A stretch of DNA of 62,873 nucleotides, counting the filler, from Dirinaria sp. TL-2023a (lineage: Eukaryota), in the NCBI GenBank assembly GCA_051941275.1. It is 5 parts of 5 records of this genome, joined end to end, with 100 filler letters (N's around TTAATTAATTAA, not from the genome) between each part and the next. Parts side by side here need not be neighbours in the genome. Positions count along the whole stretch, not along the records: positions 37,799 to 50,287 come from JAVEBF010000765.1; positions 50,388 to 62,873 come from JAVEBF010000766.1; 3 more parts are not named here. One strand, written 5' to 3'. A program made the translations under genes and the position numbers. Positions 48,349 to 59,743 of this stretch are shown piece after piece. Below the pieces are notes generated by a model. That model saw only the letters and a program-made list of their open reading frames with translations, had not been told where the DNA came from and searched no databases. Positions within the stretch are counted from its first letter, which is position 1, and each line of letters begins with the position of its first letter.

Positions 48349-50287
48349 TGTTAGGCTCCTAGACCCTGGGGCCGGCTTGGCGGCCCCATTAGTCATCAGG
48401 TAGTACTTAGGGGACGATTGTCCCATCAAATGGACATCATCTTCCTTCCAGATCATGATTTCTCAATAGCTGGTAGCATCAACAAGGCGACGATGTTCAT
48501 CGGCCCGCACATCAACCACCATTATCAGCTCTGTTTTTGCTAGTTCTTTGATTTGATTAGCTTGATAGGCCGTGTAAACGTCCTATTTCTTCAGACCGTG
48601 CAAACGATTCAGTTCGATCGCTCTGCCCGACCGACAAACCTTCGCTTCTTAACCACCCACTCTACACTGCCTCGAGGGCTGTTCAAGCTGACGTCACCGC
48701 CGGATCTATCAAGAGAGATAGTTCAAAAGGCTCATCAGATCAACGATTTCATAAACGCCACCGGCACAATCATTTCTATCGAAGACGCTCGGATTTTCAT
48801 CTACAGCATCGTGTCAACGACGTTGCGGTCACTCATATCGAGAAATCAGACTATTAGAAATACGCAGAGATCACAATCTCAGAAGTCTGTCAATTACTCT
48901 CAGAACTGAGTCATCGATAAGTCAGTCTTTACGAGAGCGATGAAAGACTTTTTGATCGCTACTTTCGCGTACAGATCTACGAACTTTTATTGCTTCTTTC
49001 TTTCGAAAGAATCAACCTCTCAGTCTCAGAATCTCAGCAGTTCATCATCAACAGAGAAAACTTCAAGTTTCGAAGAATCGATTTCTTCAGCATCTTCTAC
49101 ATATCGATTTCGAGATACAGAGAACGTCGATCTCACTTTATCATCTCGACGTATCTCTAGATCATTCACTTCTACATCTAGTGATCGTCATATCAAATCG
49201 TCAACCTCAAGAAATCAAAGAGCTAAGTCTGCGACGACATCGATCATCTCTGCGAAAGAGACAATATACAACGAGTCTATTGAATCTGCTCTCAATCTCT
49301 ATCAGTTTTCTTTCGTTATCTCGACGAATAGTATGACTGATCTTACGAAGACTCAGCAACGTACGATTGCTGAAGTAGTGAGACAAGTACTAGCAGCTCA
49401 GCAATCATCTCGAGAACCTCAAGATCTCTCAGAGTCACAAGAATCTCCGAAATCGTCGACAGAAGATAATTATGAGCAATCAAGATGAAATTCAGCTGAG
49501 ATTGACTTTTTTAATCTCTCACACGATGACAAGTTTCTGATCAGTGACGCCGACGTCATGAAATACGTCAATAAAGAGACAGTAATTCGAGACGTTCATC
49601 TGTTTATACAACGTGCAAACGATATTGCAACGAGTAAGAATGCGAAATTAATGCGTGACAATCTTTATATCTGTCTTAGAGACGAGACTCTGAACTGATG
49701 AGAGATCGAGCTTTCAGATATCGAAAGACGAATGACAAAACTCATCTTCGATGAGATCGATCTCATAAACGAATGATTCAGACTACTGTTAAAACGTTTC
49801 GCTCAGAGATCTAGAATAGCGACAAACGTTATGCTGAAGAAAAGATATACTCTTCGAGATGCGATCAATCGTCGCGAGTCTAGACAATATGCACAAAAGA
49901 TTCTAAGATCAGCAAAGAACGTCGAAATGATCATTTTACAAACGCAGTTAAACATTATCTACAATGAGATTGACTCTAGTTTGATCAAAGAGAATCTGAA
50001 GACGCTCAAGACAGAAAATATCACACTAGAGAATTTTTTAGAACAGCTGAATGATTGCAAAAACAACTGATGAGATTATGTCACTAAAATGCTCAACAGA
50101 GATCAAAAATTCAATCGTATTTCACAATTTCAGCGTCTCTTTCAGCAATCTCGCTTTTCAGACAATAATAAAGCTAATTATCAGCAGCGATTTCAACTCA
50201 ATGACTTTTTCAGTCGCGATTATCAAAATATGAATCGCGTTTATTTCAATCGCTCGTATTATTCTTCGACCAATCGTTCATACTACG
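48349..50287 (+). mobile_element. LTR retrotransposon relic (Ty3/Gypsy-like): putative 5' LTR plus mutated gag, truncated at contig end
   Basis: Begins TGTTAGG exactly where the tandem unit is interrupted. One reading frame (about 48553-50287) is broken only by TGA at Trp-like positions (48907, 49486, 49696, 49699, 49774, 50068, 50071). Gag-like motifs R*NSAEIDFF, RDVHLFIQR, DNLYICLR, LN**. Confidence 0.8.
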
Positions 50288-50387
50288 NNNNNNNNNNNNN
50301 NNNNNNNNNNNNNNNNNNNNNNNNNNNNNNNTTAATTAATTAANNNNNNNNNNNNNNNNNNNNNNNNNNNNNNNNNNNNNNNNNNNN
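50288..50387. other. Artificial contig linker
   Basis: Same N44-TTAATTAATTAA-N44. Confidence 0.99.
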
Positions 50388-50491
50388 GGGTTGAGGTTAG
50401 GGATCTTGAGGGTTTAATTAAATGTTTTGCTAAGTTCTAAGTCATGATTATGATGCGGTTGGTTTTACTGTAGTAGTAATTTATTGGAATG

Positions 50492-50528
50492 TTGGATATT
50501 GGATATTGGATATGGATATTGGATATGG
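50492..50528 (+). repeat. 7-bp tandem repeat (TTGGATA)n
   Basis: ttggatattggatattggatatggatattggatatgg. Confidence 0.8.
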
Positions 50529-50801
50529 GGTGAGCTTTCATTTTTCGAGATAATAGTTTCAACACAAGAGCTGGATTAAAGAAGGGGGTAAAAAAGGGAG
50601 ATGGTCTTATTTTATCATGTTGGATTGAGAGCTAGGGATTACTGAGTTTGTTGAAATGGTTTTGTACCTAGTAAGTTAAAGGGAAGGATTGCAACACGGC
50701 TGGCTGGGGAAGAGATTTTCCCATGCTGTGTGAAAAAATGGGGAGAAGTGCTGGTACAACTATCTGTCTACCTCGTGTCTTGTATCCATAGCATCATCCT
50801 T

Positions 50802-52087
50802 TCATGAATCGCTCAGATGCACATACCACCCAACAGTGTCTCTGACCTGATTTTCATATGGCTGAAACGGGTGACCTAGGAGGTCACGCTCTGCAGACGT
50901 GACATCAAGTTTGCTTTCAATCGTGCCTGGAAAATGGAAAGGTGTCAATATCTTAGTTTTCGCTGGGGGTAGATCGGCCTTTTTGCTGTAACTTTACGAA
51001 CGTACCGATTTCTCCAGCAAAGGGAACCTTGCCGTCTGCTACCTCCTGCGGCAGTTGTCTGCGCACGATATCGACCGCATCCATCCATTTCGCGCCAGTG
51101 GGCGCGTCACTGCAGAGCAGGAAGCTTTGGTACTTGCTCGGGATCCTCGCGGTATCCAGGGCATTGATATGAGCTTCGACAACATCATCCAAATGAACCG
51201 TTTCGGAAAGCAAGGGCGGACGTTCATCCGCCGGAAGAGCCAGGTATGGAGCCAGATTCATGTCGGCGAAAAGGAAAGCCAAGACGACGTTGGATCCTTG
51301 GAAAGCCTCCTGCCGGTTTTGCGCCAGCTCCTCGGGACCGAAAATCCACCCCGGCATGAGGTTGATGATGCTAAAGTGCGCATTCTGGAAAGCTGGCGCG
51401 GCTGTGTATTCATCGACCATGTTGGTCGCAGCGATCTTGCTGTTGATATAGCGGTGGAATCCTGGTGCGTCGTCGGAGATGGGAGGTTGCGTGGGGACCC
51501 TGGTTTCAGCCGTTAATGCGGGCACTTCAGCACCTCTTCCAGACATGATAGCTTGATTGGCAGGGTGTTTCAGCAGCATGCGCTCAAATGGTCGGATACT
51601 CGAAGTCGATGCTGTGAAGATGATCCGTTTCACGGTAGGGGTCGCTTGGGCTGCTTCTAAAATAGCCCTGTTTCCTGCTAATGCTTGAGAAACTAGATCT
51701 CCAGGACGTGTGGCCAAGGGAGATGCCACGTGAATGATATATGAGCAATCTTTAGCGACTTCGTTATAAGCACCTGGTACCGTGTTATCTGGGACGATTG
51801 CGAACGTCAGAGCTCCGGTTGACAAGGAATCCTGGATTGAACGGCCCTTTTTGGAGATCACGTCGGAAGCCTCTTGACGACGGACTACTGCCCGAACTCG
51901 GTACTAGAACCGGGTTTATATCAACAGTCGGTTCCTATTCAATTTTCCATACACCAAATATCCACGGGGCGTGTTCGTGGAGGAGACGCTTGTCGCCACT
52001 TACTCCTGCTTTGAGGGCACTCGCGAGCACCGCATACCCAACAAACCCATTCGCTCCAGTGATCAAAATGAGAGGGGAGGATGGCAT
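50802..52087 (-). CDS. NAD(P)-dependent epimerase/dehydratase-family reductase (GRE2/aldehyde reductase-like extended SDR)
   Basis: MPSSPLILITGANGFVG Rossmann motif, long first intron (about 52003-51909), IIHVASP, FTAST, YINSK (YxxxK), PGWIFGP, VHLDDVVEAHI; last exon ends GWYVHLSDS-stop. Confidence 0.9.
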
Positions 52088-53211
52088 GGTGAACGACGAT
52101 ATGATGTGTAAACAGCCAAGTATCGAGGTGATTATGACATTTTTTCAGTTCAGAAGCGGGGGCTAGTGACAAGATTCCCGGACGCGGATCCTGAATCCTG
52201 AATCCTGAATCCTTCCAATTAGTTCAAATCTGAATCTTCTCAAACAGATTCGAATCTCGATTCGATGTTCGGATTCACACTCAGAACCCGAATCCTTTGA
52301 TTTTAAACTCGAGTCCATGATTTTACTACAGCCTACAGAGCTAGGCAGCATATTTCCGGCCTTCGCAGCAGGTGCTGAGCCGCGCATCTTGAGCTCAGTC
52401 ACTCTGATGATTGCTTGGCCGAGCGAGGCAGGAATTCGCAGAGGCAGGAATAGTAAGGTAGGAAGGGATTTACCGCAACGGTACCTGCAGCGGAAATGCA
52501 ACGTGGTGATGGTGTGAGGCTGCTCGCGCTCTTTCATGAAATCCCTCCGCCCCTGCCACGCTTACCCACTAGGGTCATGCAACTTACAGTGTCTCTGTGG
52601 CTAAGGCACAGGTTCATAGGAAATAACCTCGATGATCACAGGAACGGTTGCTTAAGTGGTAATTCACCGTAGCATGCAGCGGCGACGCTTGCAAGGATCA
52701 CCGAATTTATCTTATTCACCACCCACTCTGTCAAATCGACACCCGTACTTCTCTTGACTATACTTTGACTTCACGGCAAATACCTCCCACAACGTTATTA
52801 TTCATTGGGGATTTTGGACTGGCTCGTGACCCGAACGACCCTGTTCATCGCGGTCGTCCGAATTGCGATTGTGGCGTACGAGACGGGTGTATGATTAGAA
52901 CTAGGCGCCACCCAACAGGAGAGCTGCTGGTACACAGAATGCACTTTAGCTAGGGTCTAGCAAGTACGAGCGGATCGAAGGCGCGGATTAGTGATGGGAT
53001 GGTATTTTGACCCTGACTGCCTCCATTGCCCGCATAACTCTCTATACTCATGTGGTAAGTTGTGTAGCAGAAACCCGCGACCACCACCCATTTGCAGGTG
53101 ATGGGGCATGACAATCTGAAGACACAGCAACGGAATAATGATGGACTCAACTGCCGGTCTTCATGTAGCTCAAGGGGTATCAACAATGAGATCGCAGCTT
53201 GAGCTATGATT

Positions 53212-54975
53212 CTATTCCGTTACGCGAGCCTTCTTCCCATCGTCGCGAGCATGTGCTTCACCGTCTGTCTCCTCTAGCCCTTGGATGCTAGCACTGACCC
53301 TTTCCGCTCTTCTCCTTGCGTCCACCCAAATCATGAATTCGGAGTAGGTTCGTGGCATGACTTTAATGTCCTTCTCGACTAAGAAGGTGTAATTGAACTG
53401 ACCAGTGGGCTTCGTCTCGCCGTGTTCAATATTTCGCACTTTGGAATCGACTCGGACCTGTATCCTAGTGTATTTCGAACTCACCGAGGATTTCTGCTGT
53501 TCAGACGCATGCTCTGATGATATATCGTGGGATATGTCTCCGACGTTAACCATTGGAGGATCTGTGTACGCGACAGTTGCAGTCAAATATAATACAGACC
53601 CTACGGGCACGGGATTCTCGAAAGTGCTCGGATCTAAGCTGACGAACGTGGGCCTTGTGTGGGAGAATGATGCCGCGCAACAAAATGCCAATTCGAAGGT
53701 CGTTTTCAGCAGAAAGCCACCAAATATCATGAAGTTATGACGATTTCGGTATTGAGGCTGCATTATTTGAGTTGAGTGTATCTTAGTGCTGTCCATGTAG
53801 ACGACATTCTCAGGCTTCTGAGTTGCGACATTGGGGTCTGTGGAATTTCCCGGTCAGTATGTATGGCAACAACAGTCTGCTGTAGGTCGATACTGGGGAA
53901 AAGGATCTGTTTTGTGTGTGGGACATGACTGACCATGATATTCAAGCTGGCGAAGCCACATTGCATGAATAAGGTCAGTTTCTTCATCGTTAGGCGTTTG
54001 TTTGCGTAAACCTGTCTTTGCCAGCGCTTTCTTCGCGTTGTAGTTAGTTTCGCCTTGGGCGAAAAGCCGCTTCTCTTCGGCAGTCTCAACGAGCACTGGG
54101 CTTATTTTGACAGATCTGGACTCAATGTCAGCAAGGAATTGCCAGTACCAGTGAGCTCCATACTTCTTGGTTGCCGGATCCAATGAAACCTTATAGCGAG
54201 CACTACATTAGCTATGACCGTGTGAACGAGATCGGTCCAAGGTACCATAGTGAACGCGCATGTCATCAAGACGTCTTCCTTCTTCACACGTGCTCCTTTC
54301 TCAGGGGCTTTAGCGACTTGAAGCGATATCTCCATGCTGCTTCTCCCAGTTGCAAACGTAACTTGGCCTGATAGCTCAATGTCACATATCTCGCTCAGAG
54401 GATGTTGTATGGTTATCCTATCGACCGCAGCAGTAACGGTGGTAACAGACTCTCCGGTGTGTTTGTACGCAATAACACCCGACAGGGCATCTAGGTCCAT
54501 AAAAATGGTTCCCAACCTGATTGCTATCAGCCGTTATAAGCCCGTTTCGACTCGCAAAAGACTACCTGATATGTCCATTGGCGTTGAGGTAGTTGTCGTT
54601 CAGCCATGGGTCTTGAGCGAGCGGTATCACCTATGCCTGTATCAGTCAGTCAGGCGCTGGCTTCTTCTAGCCGACAATTGCTCGCACCACGCGATGAAAG
54701 CTGTCGGACATTTTCTTAGGTGTCAGATCACGGGTTGATGGACTAGCTGTTGTGCCGGACTTTTTCGTTGGATCCACGCCCTCTTCTTTTTGCCTCCTAA
54801 GAGCCTCGATCCACGGAGTCTTGACACGCATCTCTGTCAAATCCTTGTAAACTCCATCTGTAGATCGCGGTGCAGTGATGTGAAGCAGCCGAGTATTTCG
54901 GCGGATCGGAATCGATTGATTGAGTGGAAGTAGCCGTGTATTTCTGGCAGTCCTGAAACATCGGAAAAGATTCAT
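53212..54975 (-). CDS. Mitochondrial double-hotdog acyl-CoA thioesterase (ACOT9-like)
   Basis: Arg-rich presequence MNLFRCFRTARNTR; MDLDALSGVIAYKH, VTAAVDRI, VTFATGRSSMEI, QPQYRNRHNFMIFGGFLLK, PVPVGSVL; several introns. Confidence 0.9.
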
Positions 54976-55392
54976 CTTCGCATATGCTGGACAGCGTGCG
55001 TGGAAGGCCCCAAGCTAAAGGCCTTGAGAACCGGGAGCCAGTCGCAAAGGTGAGAGTCCCAAGGAGGGTAAGGTATTGGAAACGAAGCTGTACGAAAGAA
55101 GTGCAGCGATCTTATCGATCTCATCTGATAAGATAAATATGTGAAGCTAGACATCCGCGGGGGAGGCTCAGAGTCAGAGAGGCTCGGGAGTCGGGAGGCT
55201 CTTACCTACTTTACGGCTCTTAAGGTAGTCTTAGCGGGGAAGTCGAATGGATTAGGTAAGGGAGCCGACCATCAGCAGCGGGAGACGGAGGAACATTATT
55301 GCAATCAATTCAAAGCTTCCCGTACTGAATAAACATTCCCCCTCGTCCCAGCCGATCTAGTTCATTGGCTTCGTCATTGAGTGAGCTGAACG

Positions 55393-56283
55393 ATGGTGGC
55401 TTTGAAGGAACTGCAACCGCTTGTACAGAACTTTCAAGCCGCGCTGCGCGCCTTTATTTCCTCGCCTTCCTCGTTCCGCGTTCTCGCTACATTATCCTCA
55501 TCAACAGCATTCTATACTCCGGTGAAGACGCTATACGTCCTTGACTCGTCCTTCAACCCTCCCACCCTCGCCCATCTCCGCATAGCCATCTCCGCCCTAG
55601 TTTACGACAAGCACGCAAACAGCAGCCCCACAAAAAGGCTACTGCTCCTGCTAGCTACGCAGAATGCGGACAAGGCTCCGAAGCCGGCGAATTTTGAGCA
55701 GCGCTTAGCCATGATGGCTTTATTCGCTGATGAGTTGGTACAGTGCGTGCGATCACTGGATGAAGAGAAAGGTGGGAGAGGTGGACAAGCTGTGGTGGTC
55801 GATGTAGGAGTTACGAAAAGTCCACTTTACCTCGATAAAGCATCTGTGATGGATCAGTCCGGACAGTACGGAGAAATTGGAAGCGGGCCTGAGCAGGTTC
55901 ACCTCACTGGATTTGACAGTCTCATACGGCTGCTGGACCCGAAGTACTATCCTCCCAACCACAACTTACAGCCATTAGAGTCACTCTTTTCAAAGCATCG
56001 AATCAGAGCGACACGCAGAACCGAAGATAAGTGGGGTGGACCAAAGGAGCAGGATGCCTATTTAAAAGCCTTGGCGGATGGAGAGAGAGAGAGCGAAGGA
56101 GGTAATTCCGAGTGGGCGTCCAAAATCGACTTGGTCGAAGGCCGGCAAGAAGGCGAGGAGATCATAAGCTCGACGAAAGTGAGGGTTGCTTCCAAGGACC
56201 GTGATAAAGAGACTCTAGAAAAGCTGGTGCCAAGAGCAATTGCCGATTTTGTTTTTCAAGAGAAACTCTATCAAGAAACGTAA
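55393..56283 (+). CDS. POF1: Nicotinamide-nucleotide adenylyltransferase, POF1-like (HIGH-type nucleotidyltransferase)
   Basis: YVLDSSFNPPTLAH, LLLLATQNADK, GFDSLIRLLDPKYY, ISSTKVR. Confidence 0.85.
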   Translation: MVALKELQPLVQNFQAALRAFISSPSSFRVLATLSSSTAFYTPVKTLYVLDSSFNPPTLAHLRIAISALVYDKHANSSPTKRLLLLLATQNADKAPKPANFEQRLAMMALFADELVQCVRSLDEEKGGRGGQAVVVDVGVTKSPLYLDKASVMDQSGQYGEIGSGPEQVHLTGFDSLIRLLDPKYYPPNHNLQPLESLFSKHRIRATRRTEDKWGGPKEQDAYLKALADGERESEGGNSEWASKIDLVEGRQEGEEIISSTKVRVASKDRDKETLEKLVPRAIADFVFQEKLYQET

Positions 56284-56447
56284 TGGCGCGCAACGTCCAA
56301 GATACCTCAAGCTATGGCTCGACTCGATCAGGTGAGCGAGCAACGAGAAGGAGCTCGTTTGATAGAGTTGGCTGCTATACGCATATCCCCTCAAGGACAT
56401 GCATGCGTGGATTGAGCTGAACTGCCCCGAACGGGATTGAAGGCCCG

Positions 56448-58280
56448 TCACGCTCCTAAATTATCAAAAATTTGGCCATTATCAATGCCAGTAATCTCTT
56501 CGAAGAGAAGATGGGAGTCAAGCAAATCAGTCTGCGAGGCCAACGTGTTGGCATTAAACAGGTCTTCATCTTCACATTCTTCGTCAGGTAGCATATCGTC
56601 GCTGCAAACCGAATCTCCTTCAAGGGGGATGCGTTGCTCGTCTTCCAGGAGAATCTCGTCAAGCATGCTTTCCCCTTGCTCTGACACGTCGCTAGATTCA
56701 AGCATATCATCTAGAGACATCGAATCACTCCCGTCCAGCATCCAGTAATCTTCATCTTCGGTTATTGGGAAAATCGCGCTTTCATAAGTTGCTGGCGGAG
56801 GCTCGTCAGGCATTGAAGCCTGAATTGTGGGAGTCGCATAGCCTGTATTGCGACCGTAGACTGGCTTCAATTTATAAACGGAGCGACAATTCCGGAGTCT
56901 GCTTTGCATAAGCTTCCATAGACGCAGTTCCATTTTGGTGCTCAGTGTTGGAAGCACTCCGTTATGCTTCTCGTCATCTGGGCAATCCTGGGTTAAGATA
57001 AGACCTTCCTCGAGTGATGGTTGGACCGCTTGCTCAATCTCCGCTTTCAGTGTCTGACATTTTGTACGCCCGTGGATTGCTAACAGGCGATTTGTAATTG
57101 AAGGGATAAGGCTGCTCCTCTGCGAGATCGCCTTTAATGACCAATCAGACGCCTAACAATGTCCTGCGCGACACTGCACATACTTACTTGCTGGTAACTC
57201 GGGTTGAAAAGTGCAGGCGCTATTGCAGCGGGAGTCAAAACCTTGGGGCTGTTTAACGCTCTAGTGCCTCTTGCCAAGCATTTGTCATTGCCACCAAGAG
57301 TTCTACGTAGAGCAGCATCCACTAGACCAAAACAATGCTCAACAGAAACATCTCTTGGCAAGGAAGTAGTGCTGTTGTCGTAGTCGTTCTTAGCTAAAAT
57401 AAGCGGAATGGGCTTGTGTGGATAGCTGCTAAAGCTGGAGAAGGAGTTTTGAGAATGGTTAGGATTCATGGCGGATTCATGCCATGATCTCTCTAAACCT
57501 ATTGAGGCGGTGTGTTGGTCGTTAGATAAGGAATGCTGGCGCGCATAAATCTGCTGACTAAATCCGGCACTGTGGCTACCCTGCCCGTCTTCAAATAAGC
57601 TGAAGTCGTCCCCATTTTTGTCTATCAGCATGGATAGGTCAATGTCGCTCGAAAAGCTCTGCTCAGGTTCAGTAGCCCTTTCACGAGCGTCGTCTCTACG
57701 TAATGCAGAGATCGTGAGTGTAAGATCAATGGTCTCGAGATAGATCTGTCGAAGGCCAAGGGGAGGCTTGACACCTTGGCTCGCAAGACCATAAATCCCG
57801 TTGCTGTCATTCGTACCGCCCGTTAGCCGCTCGTTACAAGCCAAAGTAAGCATCAAGTCGGGTATCAGAGAATCGACAACGGAAATTGAGGACGGAAGAT
57901 TCAACGCCGCTTCTGTTCCCAGCTTTTTCCACCACTGCATGAGCACAAAAGTTAATATGAAAAGGGCACAGTAAGAGACAAAGTGGCACCACCTCAGGAT
58001 CTTGAAGAGACAGGGCCAGATGTTCGGCGAGTGCTCGCCCTTTCTGGCTTGAGATACGGACTTGATCGAGAGCCAAATGAATACATAATCTTATGCCGTG
58101 CCCGCGAGCGACCCAGGCTTCGGCAGTATCTAAGAAGTCCAGCAACCCAATCGGATTGGTAGAAGCAAGATTGAACTTCTGACGAGAGGAGAGCTTCAAC
58201 GAGCAAGCAGATTCCAGCTTCAAGTTGGCATCCTCATTCGTGTACCGTAGCTGGGAGAGCCCAGGTTCAATCGAATACAT
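56448..58280 (-). CDS. Hypothetical protein, about 3 exons, acidic C-terminus
   Basis: Three consecutive long minus-strand ORFs joined by plausible GT-AG introns (about 57993-57935 and about 57188-57120); no motif recognised. Confidence 0.6.
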
Positions 58281-59743
58281 GAGCAGATGTCAAGACTGAG
58301 CTACAGCAAGGAACAGGAACAAGGAGTCTCCAATGATCGGCTTCAAAAGAGATGCGAGGCCAACTCCAGAGTTCTACAGGAGCACACGGGTTTGCAATCC
58401 AGGGAACAGTTGCAACCGTCGTCATTTGCGATGCTGAGACAGTATCATGCTCCTAGAGAGCAAACTCAACATTGCAGTACTCCGTACTTTATCTTGGCGG
58501 CTTGGCCGGTGAAAGGTGACTTTACCTTAATTTGAAGGTTGCTTAGTCAGGCGTCGATGAAACGCCCCTTGGCGCGCTTGACGCTCCTCGACTCGTCATA
58601 CCTAACCTACCCCTGACACCGCCATCTTCTCCCGACCGAACCAGACTTCAATTTCCCGCATTTAGCTTCATCGGCTGTCGTTGTCTTGCCAATGTGGATT
58701 GTGGAAAACATTGAAGAGAACCTTGTTCGACTCGAGATGCGAAGGCTGTGAAGCGGAATAGTTCTCTGAGACTACTCTCTCGTCTGTCATGACAGCATGA
58801 AGTCCTTGGAGTCGAGCTGCGTTCACCAGAAGCGATAAGCGACCGGGCGCCCTCGGTACCGAGCATGTGGTACTCCTATTTACGACTTACCGTTCGTTGA
58901 AATTTAGGGAGTGCTAGCTAATGTAAGTATGTACGGAGTACTATGTACAGATTGCTGTGCAGTACCAACACCGGACAAGGGTCTGCAACAGTTCAGCTAC
59001 GGCGACCGCTACAGCAAGATATATTGAACAGTGGCGCAATTGATCTTTGCGGCCCAATTACGATAGTGTGGTGCAAGTTCTCGAAGCCTTGACAACCGAG
59101 AGGCTTTTGAGCCTTGATGGCGAGAACTCATATTTAATAGGTACAGTCCATCAACCGTCGACGGAGCAGTAAGCTCATGTGGCTACCATGGCTACACTGT
59201 ACTCGATGCAGCCCATCTGGATGGATCGATGTTACGCTTGGCATCATCCTGGCTCATGGATAGCGTCGTGCGGGAACCGAGCCGAAATCCAATCAACAGG
59301 CAGATCGGACGGTACCTGCGTTTCGCTGCTTCACAATCCCTGTCTCCAGTTGAACTAGTTCCCAAACCAACCAACTCCCTAATTTCCTTGCGCCCGCTTC
59401 ATTAATCCACCCAAAAAGCCCCATTTCTCCTTTTGTTCCTTTCCTTCTTCTTCTCTTCTTCTTCTTCTGCAGACTGCTGTGCTTGCTCCCACACTCTTTT
59501 TCGCATCTTGTCGTTGTTTGGTGGAAGGGCCTGTCACTCTTTTTGGTCCGTAACCAGTCGCTCTTTTGCGAATAGATTTCGCTCCACGCTCATTCAGCAA
59601 TTACGATTCCAAACACAAGCACTTGCATTTCGGAGCATAGTACAGTAACGAGCATTTTCAAGAACACATCAGCTTTGAGCGCTTCATCCTAAGATTTCAA
59701 GTGCGAAGCATAGATTATACCAATACACAGGCAACTCTTCAAG

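Noticed and set aside
37799..50287. Starship element
   Set aside because: No DUF3435 tyrosine recombinase captain or element boundary visible; cannot be supported from this contig.
50388..50420. Telomere-like GGGTTGAGGTTAGGG at contig start
   Set aside because: Only one true TTAGGG, degenerate, and wrong orientation for a left chromosome end.
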